Below are positions 7,800-17,373 of a DNA stretch of 25,468 bases, piece by piece. The notes under the pieces are model-generated. The model searched no databases, was not told the origin of the DNA, and was given only the letters and a program-made list of their open reading frames with translations. Source of the DNA: Nostoc sp. (GTDB lineage Bacteria > Cyanobacteriota > Cyanobacteriia > Cyanobacteriales > Nostocaceae); the NCBI GenBank assembly GCA_036918135.1, contig JBALDB010000070.1, forward strand, positions 1 through 25,468. Direction: 5' to 3'. A program made the translations under genes and the position numbers. The first letter of the stretch is position 1, and each line of letters opens with the position of its first letter.

Positions 7800-8345
7800 G
7801 TGGGCAGTTTATTACAAGGAGTCAACCTGTATTTAGTTGGGATGATGGGTGTTGGTAAGACGACGGTAGGGCGCTTGCTAGCCAAGCAGCTAAGTTATGG
7901 GTTTGTGGATACCGATGATGTTATTGCCCAAGCAGCAGGTAAATCCATCAATCAGATATTTACCGAGGAAGGAGAAGCAGCATTTCGCCAGTTAGAAAGC
8001 GATGTGCTGTCAAAGATTTGTGCTTTTACAAAGTTAACGATCGCAACTGGTGGCGGTATTGTATTGCGGCGAGAAAACTGGAGTTACTTACACCACGGTT
8101 TGATAGTCTGGCTAGATGCGCCAGTGGAATTGATTTATAGCCGTTTAGCTGAAGATATCACAAGACCACTGCTGCAAGATGTCGATCCTCAAGGAAAGTT
8201 GCGATCGCTCCTCGAACAACGAACATCACTTTACTCTCAAGCAGATTTGCACATTAGCGAACGAGAGGGAGATACACCTCAAGACGTTGCCAAGCGAGTA
8301 ATTGAGGCAATTCCTAGTGTTCTCAAACCACAAGTCTCTAATTAA
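7800..8345 (+). CDS. aroK: Shikimate kinase
   Basis: Walker A LVGMMGVGKTT, plus FVDTD, EGEAAFRQLE, IATGGGIV and RPLL. Confidence 0.96.
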   Translation: MGSLLQGVNLYLVGMMGVGKTTVGRLLAKQLSYGFVDTDDVIAQAAGKSINQIFTEEGEAAFRQLESDVLSKICAFTKLTIATGGGIVLRRENWSYLHHGLIVWLDAPVELIYSRLAEDITRPLLQDVDPQGKLRSLLEQRTSLYSQADLHISEREGDTPQDVAKRVIEAIPSVLKPQVSN

Positions 8346-8367
8346 AAACAGAGCTATCTTCCCATAT

Positions 8368-8499
8368 TTACCAGATTTTGGACATCTTTAACACAAACCC
8401 TGGCAATTGTGGATTACTGCTAACTGTTTCAGGATTATCCAAAATTTCAAGTTGTCGATCGGCAGGGTAAATATAAACCTTTCGATTCTGGCGATCAAT
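8368..8499 (-). pseudogene. C-terminal remnant of a Uma2-family (PD-(D/E)xK) endonuclease
   Basis: IDRQNRKVYIYPADRQLEILDNPETVSSNPQLPGFVLKMSKIW* matches the typical Uma2 C-terminus. The N-terminal part with the catalytic motifs is absent. Confidence 0.75.
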
Positions 8500-9071
8500 A
8501 TTTTTATTTTGCGGTTCTTCAGCCCTCGCTATTGTGATGATTTCAAATTTAGCCAATATTTGGTAATTTAATAATATTTTACAAAATCAGATTAACTTGG
8601 TCTCAAGTGGTGTTGGCTAACGACCGAAAGCTGGCAATTTAATTGCGATCGCAAATATCACTGAAATTTAGATCGTCGGGCTGCATCTACCTCTATCTAC
8701 CCTTGACCCTACCCCGTAATCTTCTGAGAACAGCTTGTATGATAATCAGCTAATTCTATGAAAACCTTTTGTAAAATGGAATTACAGCTTTTTGTATTTT
8801 GTAACTAATTTTATAAAATTAAGTAATAAAAAACTTTTTTTGATGAATTTTAGAGCTAAGTAAAACTCTGAGTAGATTAAAACCCTAAATAGTCATATCT
8901 AACTTTAAATTCATCAAATAACAAGGTTTTACAGATTAACAGCCACTTTCTTTTCTATGTAATTTGCATAATAATGACAACCACAAGACCTCACAAATCG
9001 CCGTCTTAGGCTAGGTGAAGGCAAATGTTTAAGCCACAAGTTTGACAAAAAGCTATAAGAGGCAAACAAAA

Positions 9072-9938
9072 GTGAAACTAGCAGTCTATGGAAAAGGTGG
9101 TATTGGCAAATCCACAACTAGCTGTAATATATCCGTCGCCCTAGCTAAACGTGGCAAGAAAGTGCTGCAAATTGGCTGCGACCCAAAACATGACAGCACC
9201 TTCACCCTGACGGGGTTTTTGATTCCCACAATTATCGACACCCTCCAAGAAAAGGATTATCACTACGAAGATGTCTGGCCGGAAGATGTGATTTACAAAG
9301 GCTACGGTGGTGTTGATTGCGTAGAGGCTGGTGGCCCGCCTGCGGGTGCTGGATGTGGTGGTTACGTCGTTGGCGAAACCGTGAAATTACTTAAGGAACT
9401 CAACGCTTTTGATGAGTACGATGTAATTTTGTTCGACGTTCTCGGTGACGTAGTTTGTGGTGGATTTGCAGCACCACTCAACTATGCAGATTACTGCCTG
9501 ATTGTTACAGACAACGGTTTTGATGCTTTATTTGCTGCTAATCGGATTGCGGCTTCAGTCCGCGAGAAAGCACGAACTCACCCATTGCGTTTAGCTGGGT
9601 TAATTGGCAACCGCACCTCGAAGCGCGACTTAATTGAAAAATATGTAGAAGCTGTGCCAATGCCAGTTCTAGAGGTTTTACCTTTGATTGAAGATATCCG
9701 CGTTTCTCGTGTTAAAGGTAAGACTTTATTTGAAATGGCAGAACACGATCCTTCTCTGGATTACGTTTGCGATTACTATCTCAACATCGCCGACCAAATA
9801 TTAGCGCGTCCCGAAGGAGTCGTACCTAACGACTCACCCGATCGGGAATTGTTCTCTTTGTTGTCCGATTTTTATCTAAATCCGGGTAAACCCCAGGTTC
9901 CTAATTCCGAAGAGGAACTAGACTTGATGATTGTATAA
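9072..9938 (+). CDS. chlL: Light-independent protochlorophyllide reductase iron-sulfur ATP-binding subunit ChlL
   Basis: A GTG start at 9072 after AAGAGG gives [16 protein letters not shown] (288 aa). Motifs [22 protein letters not shown] and [14 protein letters not shown] are present. Confidence 0.97.
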   Translation: MKLAVYGKGGIGKSTTSCNISVALAKRGKKVLQIGCDPKHDSTFTLTGFLIPTIIDTLQEKDYHYEDVWPEDVIYKGYGGVDCVEAGGPPAGAGCGGYVVGETVKLLKELNAFDEYDVILFDVLGDVVCGGFAAPLNYADYCLIVTDNGFDALFAANRIAASVREKARTHPLRLAGLIGNRTSKRDLIEKYVEAVPMPVLEVLPLIEDIRVSRVKGKTLFEMAEHDPSLDYVCDYYLNIADQILARPEGVVPNDSPDRELFSLLSDFYLNPGKPQVPNSEEELDLMIV

Positions 9939-9970
9939 ATCACCAAGTTCTCAGGATGGGGGATAATAAC

Positions 9971-10759
9971 ATGGCATTCTTTGACAGCTTTACAGATTCA
10001 TTAAAGCAGAAGTGGTTGCAATTTTTCCAGATAAATCGGGACTGGATTCTCTTGCACATGGAAGTGGAATCAGTGTATACACCTGATGGCGGGAAGCGAC
10101 CACCTTCTTACCTCATCCTGGGAGTAGTTAACGCCCTAGAACCAAAGTTAGCGCAATTAATGTTGCCCTTTGCCAAACTTAATCCTGATGCCGATACCTT
10201 GATTGAAGTGCTGGATTTGCATTTTGACCCAGATTATGCTCTTGGGAACCGCTTTCAAGTCAAACCGGAACCGGAGAATTATTTGGATAATTCAGCCGTT
10301 GTCATTGATGAAAAACCTGAAGATGAAACATTGACACATTCCCATACAAATGGCTTTGAGTCGATGGTGGTATCTCAACAGTTCACAATGGTGGATTCTG
10401 ATGATGAAAATCTGGAATTAAGCGAGTCTCAGGAAAGTAAAAATGGCTTCGGTGATATTTCCTTATCTAACAAGGAAGACTCAAGACATGAGTCCATCCA
10501 AACCTCTAATGTAGAAGCAGATGAGTTTGGCGAAATTACCTTCGACACAACGGCTGCAATAGAAGTAAAGCTAGATGATGACCAGGCACTTGAAGATAGT
10601 CCACTAGACGAAAATGCGTTTAGCGACGTGTTGTCAGATGTCTGGGGTGATGAAACATCACTACAAAAGGCTGAAGAAAATAATGATTTGTTAGGGGAAG
10701 AACTGCCACCTGGCGTTTTTGATGAATCCGAAATTGCCCGTCTCTTCCCCAACGCTTAA
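9971..10759 (+). CDS. DUF5331-type protein with a long acidic C-terminal extension
   Basis: N-terminus MAFFDSFTDSLKQKWLQFFQINRDWI...RPPSYLILGVVNALEP...LNPDADTLIEVLDLHFDP, in its usual position between chlL and chlN. Alternative start at 9956. Confidence 0.8.
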   Translation: MAFFDSFTDSLKQKWLQFFQINRDWILLHMEVESVYTPDGGKRPPSYLILGVVNALEPKLAQLMLPFAKLNPDADTLIEVLDLHFDPDYALGNRFQVKPEPENYLDNSAVVIDEKPEDETLTHSHTNGFESMVVSQQFTMVDSDDENLELSESQESKNGFGDISLSNKEDSRHESIQTSNVEADEFGEITFDTTAAIEVKLDDDQALEDSPLDENAFSDVLSDVWGDETSLQKAEENNDLLGEELPPGVFDESEIARLFPNA

Positions 10760-10765
10760 TTACTA

Positions 10766-12241
<1,476 letters not shown>

Positions 12242-12287
12242 GATTTGGGTTTTTATTGAGCAACACCATAATACTGGGTGAGTAGGG

Positions 12288-12312
12288 GCGAACTTTCGAG
12301 TTCGCTTTTTTT
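12288..12312 (+). terminator. Intrinsic terminator of the chlLN transcript
   Basis: GCGAACT-TTCG-AGTTCGC followed by T7. Confidence 0.88.
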
Positions 12313-12406
12313 ATCTCACGCAGAGGCCCGAAGGAGAGGATGAAAGTTATGTTAGATTTGTACATATTAGTCTTTACTTTCACGTTTTAAACTTACAACT
12401 TTAATT

Positions 12407-13540
12407 ATGGATAATTCCAAGTTCAGATCACATTTTAATATTCATAAATGTTTAATTTCATCACCAGCTAGATTCAATGGTGACTATGAAGATAATGAAT
12501 TACTTATTGCATCAGCACATCCAAGTATGAGAAATCGAACTTTATACACTACACAGAGAGATAATGAATATAATGAAAGTCAAATGAGTAGATATTACTA
12601 TGTTTGCACTTTTGATTTTCTACCTGAACCAGATCAAAAAATAGTAATACCTGATAATTCATTTATTGGTGACTTTATATCTATTGCTCTTGCTGTTTAT
12701 TATGGAAAAAGGTTTGATAATCATGGAATATTAGAAAGTTATGGAATTTTTTGGATGCCAAATTATGAACCAATCTTTTCAATATCTAACTCCCATGTTG
12801 GTATTACTAATCATTTGCCTCGAAAAGACCTTGAAATTCCACTTGAATTTGATAATTGTGAAGCAATAATCAAATTTATATTAACTCGCAACGACAAATT
12901 ACATAGATACTTCTTTGCTGCTGGAAAATTTTACCTGAATTCACTTCAGATAATGGATCAGGATATAGAAAAAGCATATCTTGATTTAATTACTTGTGGA
13001 GAAATACTGTCAAATTTTTATGATTATACTGATGATGAATTATATGATGAAAACTTAAAAAAAATATTTATTAAATTAGCCTGTATGGGTGAAGAAAGTG
13101 ATATTAAATACCTAAAAATTAGATTATATCAAGTGAGGAGAAAGTTTAATTTAACTCTCAAAAGTCTACTTAACAAAAAATTTTTTAGTAAAACAGAAAG
13201 TAATAATGAGAGTGTAAAACTTAAAGAAGAATGTATTGAAATAAATATAAAAGCAGCTTATGACATCCGAAGTAAGTATGTTCATACAGGCCAAAGTTTT
13301 AAACCATATATAGAACAAATGTATAGAAATATAAATGAAGTTGGTATACCTGGTTTAGAACCTAATGTGGATGATAAAGATTTAAAAAAGGTTCTCAAGA
13401 GAATACCAACTTATATTGGTTTAGAAAGAATAATACGTTTTGCATTACTCAGATTTCTTCATACCAATGGCGTATATATTCATAAAGACCTTGATGATGA
13501 TAAAGACGCAAAGCAAGAGAGAGAACTTAATTCAGATTGA
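12407..13540 (+). CDS. HEPN-domain protein (ApeA-like architecture), putative RNase / defence effector
   Basis: 377 aa. Rx4H motif in AAYDIRSKYVHTG (R288-H293), preceded by HEPN-like helices KFYLNSLQ...KAYLDLITCGEILS. Strongly AT-rich. Confidence 0.72.
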   Translation: MDNSKFRSHFNIHKCLISSPARFNGDYEDNELLIASAHPSMRNRTLYTTQRDNEYNESQMSRYYYVCTFDFLPEPDQKIVIPDNSFIGDFISIALAVYYGKRFDNHGILESYGIFWMPNYEPIFSISNSHVGITNHLPRKDLEIPLEFDNCEAIIKFILTRNDKLHRYFFAAGKFYLNSLQIMDQDIEKAYLDLITCGEILSNFYDYTDDELYDENLKKIFIKLACMGEESDIKYLKIRLYQVRRKFNLTLKSLLNKKFFSKTESNNESVKLKEECIEINIKAAYDIRSKYVHTGQSFKPYIEQMYRNINEVGIPGLEPNVDDKDLKKVLKRIPTYIGLERIIRFALLRFLHTNGVYIHKDLDDDKDAKQERELNSD

Positions 13541-13884
13541 AGGTTGTAACTCTAAAGGTTTGGATGGAATGACATACATCAATTCTGCACCTTTAGATTT
13601 TACTTCTCTGTTTCCATAATTGTCTATTATTTGCTAAATACTCAGTACCACGATATCTGGTAGCGAGTCGCTTCAATTATGCACAGCAAATACCTACACT
13701 TTAGTCAGTATTCTCAAATTGAGTTGTAGTTTGTGTAATAGCCGCTCTTTTTAACCAGAAGATGCAGAGCGATCGCTAAAATATCATCTCAGTTAGATAC
13801 TTTTAAAATAAAGATATTTTTTGAATTTCAATTAATAGCAATGACCCGCTTTTATATTTATGTATAATATAAACATAAAATTCT

Positions 13885-14511
13885 ATGAATAAAACACCCT
13901 CTGCTCATGAAAGTCAGCAAATGCTGAAGTGGCTAAACCAAAATCGCCAAATGTTATTAGATTTATATAAAAATCAATATATTGCTTACAATGCCAACGG
14001 CTTAATCGCTCACAGTGAAAATTTGCGTGAAGTTTTAAAATTGGCAGAAGCATCAAACCAGATATTTGCAATTTACTTAGTTCCCCGTCGCACTGCTTCT
14101 ATTCAAATTCTACCTGTTCGATTTGGCACAGTTGCCCGCCATGATTGGCAACCAAATTATCATGTAAAACTTAAACATAGAGATATAGAAATGTCTACAA
14201 CTATGTTAGTAGACTCTGGTGCTGAACTGAGTTTAATATCATTAAAAGTTGGTCAAGATTTGGGCTATGCTTTGGCTGATGCAGAGTCAACATTATTAGC
14301 AGAAACTATAGGCGGAAGAGTTGAGTATGTTTTACGTAATGTTGAAATGAGAATCGATGAACAGAGTTTTATTGCTCCTGTAGCATGGTTACAAACTAAT
14401 ACAGGTGGCGAGCAATTACTTTTAGGAAGAGAAGTTGTATTTGATAAATTTAATATTGAGTTTAGGCAAGCTGATGAACAAATTATTTTTACATGGCGTG
14501 CAGACAACTAA
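13885..14511 (+). CDS. DUF5678-like / retropepsin-type (clan AA) aspartic protease fusion
   Basis: N-terminal WLNQNRQMLLDLYKNQYIAY...GLIAHSENL module, catalytic MLVDSGAELSLI (D110) and C-terminal LLLGRE motif. Confidence 0.8.
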   Translation: MNKTPSAHESQQMLKWLNQNRQMLLDLYKNQYIAYNANGLIAHSENLREVLKLAEASNQIFAIYLVPRRTASIQILPVRFGTVARHDWQPNYHVKLKHRDIEMSTTMLVDSGAELSLISLKVGQDLGYALADAESTLLAETIGGRVEYVLRNVEMRIDEQSFIAPVAWLQTNTGGEQLLLGREVVFDKFNIEFRQADEQIIFTWRADN

Positions 14512-14521
14512 TCAATTAATC

Positions 14522-15400
14522 TCAAACATCTATCACAACTTGCAGAAACTCGTGTAAAACAGGTGTTATATCTTCTTCTCGCCACACTATAGCCGTTTCT
14601 ACTAATGGTGTTTTCTCCTCCACAGTCCGATAAACTACACCAGTTCTCTGAAGATTTTGCAATGAAGACGGCACGATCGCAATCCCCATTCCTGCTGAAA
14701 CTAACCCGATAATTGTCTGCATTTGAATCGCTTCTTGAGTTACTTTGGGGCTAAAATTTCCTTGCTGACAAAGACTCACGATTTGGTCGTAAAGCCCAGA
14801 GCCTAAATGCCGAGGAAACATGATAAAGTTTTCGTTTATTAGCGATCGCACTGAAATTTTTTCTTGTTCAGCTAAGAAATGAGTTTCCGCTAAAGCCACA
14901 ATTAAAGCTTCTTGCTGAATGCACTTTTGATTGAGTGTATTATCTTCCAACGGTGGATGAGCAAAGCCTACATTAATACGGCGTTCTTGTAGCGCTCGTT
15001 CTTGCTCAGATGTGGTTAATTCCTGCAAAATCAACTCTACTTCGGGAAACTGTTCTTGAAATTGTCGCAAAATTACAGGAAGCAAATTATAAGTTACCAA
15101 ACTGGTAAACCCAATTTGTAGTTGTCCCTTTTCACCTCTTGCGGTTTTTTGAGTTAGCTCAATTGCTTTTTGGAGTTGAGCTAAAAGCTGATAAGCTTCT
15201 TGCAAAAATACTTGTCCAGCTTGAGTTAGTTGTACCTGTCGTTTGGTTTTGCGGTGAAACAGTTCTACTCCCAATTGCGCCTCTAGTTGCTGAATTTGCT
15301 GGCTTAACGGCGGTTGAGCAATGTGCAATCGTTCGGCGGCTTTACTGAAGTGGAGTTCTTCAGCCACAGCGATAAAGTAGCGCAGATGTCGCAATTCCAT
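14522..15400 (-). CDS. LysR-type transcriptional regulator (AlsR/HcaR/BenM-like)
   Basis: wHTH MELRHLRYFIAVAEELHFSKAAERLHIAQPPLSQQIQQLE, and LVSAGMGIAIVP in the effector domain. Confidence 0.95.
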   Translation of the reverse strand: MELRHLRYFIAVAEELHFSKAAERLHIAQPPLSQQIQQLEAQLGVELFHRKTKRQVQLTQAGQVFLQEAYQLLAQLQKAIELTQKTARGEKGQLQIGFTSLVTYNLLPVILRQFQEQFPEVELILQELTTSEQERALQERRINVGFAHPPLEDNTLNQKCIQQEALIVALAETHFLAEQEKISVRSLINENFIMFPRHLGSGLYDQIVSLCQQGNFSPKVTQEAIQMQTIIGLVSAGMGIAIVPSSLQNLQRTGVVYRTVEEKTPLVETAIVWREEDITPVLHEFLQVVIDV

Positions 15401-15404
15401 TTTT

Positions 15405-15425
15405 TTGATATTTTATAAGTCTCAA
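15405..15425. promoter_or_regulatory. Candidate LysR recognition site in the divergent promoter
   Basis: Interrupted dyad TTGATA-N9-TCTCAA (one mismatch from perfect) immediately upstream of the lysR start. This is the typical position for an autoregulatory LTTR box. Confidence 0.5.
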
Positions 15426-15503
15426 TTTTATTTAAAGATATATTGGACATCTGAAAACTACCTGCGTATGATACTCATACAAATATTGCAGGAAGTCAGA
15501 GCG

Positions 15504-15843
15504 ATGCAGGAAAAGTATACTCCAGGCTATTCAAGTAATGCGACGAATTTCATGGCCAAACGCAGCTTAGATACTCATGGTGCGTTTTTCAAGCCTTATT
15601 TACGTCCAGGAATAAAATTGCTAGATTGCGGTTGCGGCCCTGGGGCGATCGCTTTGGGTTTAGCAAAAGCAATTTTCCCTGGTATGCTTACGGGTATCGA
15701 TCGCGAAGTTTCTCAAATCCAGATAGCCAATCAATTACAGCGATGAGCTGTGCCTTGCGGGAATGGAGTCAGCATCCAGATGGATTTTTTGCTGCCGCTT
15801 GGTGTAAAGTTGGGTTAGTGAGCAAAGTCGAACTACATCTTTC
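15504..15843 (+). pseudogene. Class I SAM-dependent methyltransferase, internally deleted and frameshifted
   Basis: The N-terminus MQEKYTPGY...LLDCGCGPGAI...TGIDRE stops at 15746. A family-like C-terminus (ALREWSQHPDGFFAAAWC) follows directly in another frame and the middle is missing. The end coordinate is approximate. Confidence 0.8.
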
Positions 15844-16767
15844 TTATCTCTCTTTAATTTGCACGGCGCGATTAAACAAATTCATAACTAGAGAGATACT
15901 CAAACTCAAAATGAGATAGGTGACCATAATCAGTAATATTACTTCTACAGCTCTCCCAGTTTGGTTGAAAGTGGTGGAGGCGACAAAATAAATATCAGGG
16001 TAGCCGATCGCAATCGCTAAGCTAGAATTTTTCGTCAAGTTCAGATATTGACTCGTTAACGGTGGAATAATTACCCGCAAGGCTTGGGGAAAAATTACCA
16101 GTCGCATCACCAACTCTGGTTTTAATCCTAGCGATCGCCCTGCTTTTCATTGTCCTTGAGGTACTGATTGAATCCCACCTCGGACAATTTCTGCAATAAA
16201 CGCACCCGTGTAAAAAGTTAATCCCAATAACAAAGCTGAAAACTCTGGTAATAGAGTCCACCAAGGAAGTTCTAAGCCATTTTGACTCAGCCCAATTAAA
16301 CCCCAAAGAGATATTTTATTTTCTGCTTTGGGAAAACTGAGGAAAACAGCAAAGTACCAAAATAACAATTGCAGCAGCAAGGGTGTATTACGAAAAATCT
16401 CTACATAAACCATAGTGATATTCCGCACCAGCCAATTGTCAGAAATTCGAGCAATTCCAGCGCTAATCCCCACAATTGTGGTGAGAAAAATTCCGGCGAT
16501 CGCCCTACAAATATCTACATCAATGCTGCTGTATTTCCCGTCAGCTCCCACAAAGCTAAACCCTGGAATTTCACCACTAACACCGCAAATTACTTGACCT
16601 CGGCTTTTAATAGTATTCCAACGATTTTGAGTTGCTGATACTGGTGGATTACCGCCTGGAGTGCCGGGTGTATTTGGTGTTTGTCCTGACTCTCCACCAC
16701 AAGCAGTAATGCTAAAGATGAGGGGAGCGATCGCGACAATTAAACCTGATTTATGCATCAACTTCAT
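15844..16767 (-). pseudogene. Chimeric polar amino-acid ABC transporter remnant: substrate-binding lipoprotein 5' part (NatF/AapJ-like) fused to permease 3' part (NatG/AapQ-like), with an internal nonsense codon
   Basis: A lipobox (SITAC) and RGQVICGVSGEIPGFS...DVDICRAIA run directly into permease motifs GIARISDNWL, YVEIFRNTPLLLQL and AFIAEIVRGGIQSVPQGQ*. The same frame resumes KAGRSLGL...FPQALRVIIPPLTSQYLNLTKNSSLAIAIGYPD to the stop at 15844. Confidence 0.88.
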
Positions 16768-16786
16768 AGTGACTAGATAATGAAAA

Positions 16787-16802
16787 TGTATTACTTACTA
16801 CA
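16787..16802. promoter_or_regulatory. Candidate NtcA-binding site
   Basis: TGTA-TTACTTAC-TACA matches the extended GTA-N8-TAC consensus about 20 bp upstream of the natF-like start. A TAN3T (TAATTT, 16823-16828) lies 21 nt downstream on the + strand. Confidence 0.55.
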
Positions 16803-17373
16803 ATTATTCATTTAAGTGAAAATAATTTGCTGCTTATCATCTAAGACTCTACCAGCCTCTGGACTGTATTTATTCACCTTTCAAAGCAGTATTTCAAGTC
16901 TTTACTGATTTTTTCAAGCTTCAGATATAGCAATCTGATTTGATTTTTTCACAACATATCTTACACCTCAAGGTGATAGTCAAGAGGTACTTTTGCAATT
17001 AATCTTTCCCTCTTACCGAAGGAGAAGTAGGTTAAAACAGTCCTTTAGTTGATGGAGATTATCTCAATTTTGCTTCGGCTTCCAACTTGGATTTAAATCC
17101 AATCACGATGCTTGATATAGCAATCTACTTATAAAATTTAGAAGATAATATTAAAATTTTAATGATGCCAATTCTATATTCTTCACTGCCTAAGAGTTGG
17201 TAACAAGTCAAAAACTATTCATAGCTCAGCATCAAAATCTGTTTTTCCTATCTTCAATGTCTCATGCCCCATGCCCTATTTACCAGAAGTAGCCACACTA
17301 ACTCAAACAACTACCACTAGCAGGTTAAACTAGGTCTGGTAACAGCTGCTCCACTATTCCTTATGAGGCTTTT

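Noticed and set aside
8770..8786. TGTAA-N7-TTACA upstream of chlL as an NtcA box
   Set aside because: The spacing is GTA-N9-TAC rather than N8. It may bind another factor but cannot be assigned.
9042..9938. Annotation as nitrogenase nifH, or start at 9042
   Set aside because: The motifs ([17 protein letters not shown]) and linkage to chlN identify ChlL. The GTG at 9072 has an RBS and gives the family N-terminus.
12407..14511. Absence of HIP1 inside the two accessory ORFs as proof of foreign origin
   Set aside because: At roughly one site per kb, gaps of this size also occur in core genes (e.g. chlL and ubiX). It is used only as weak support alongside base composition.
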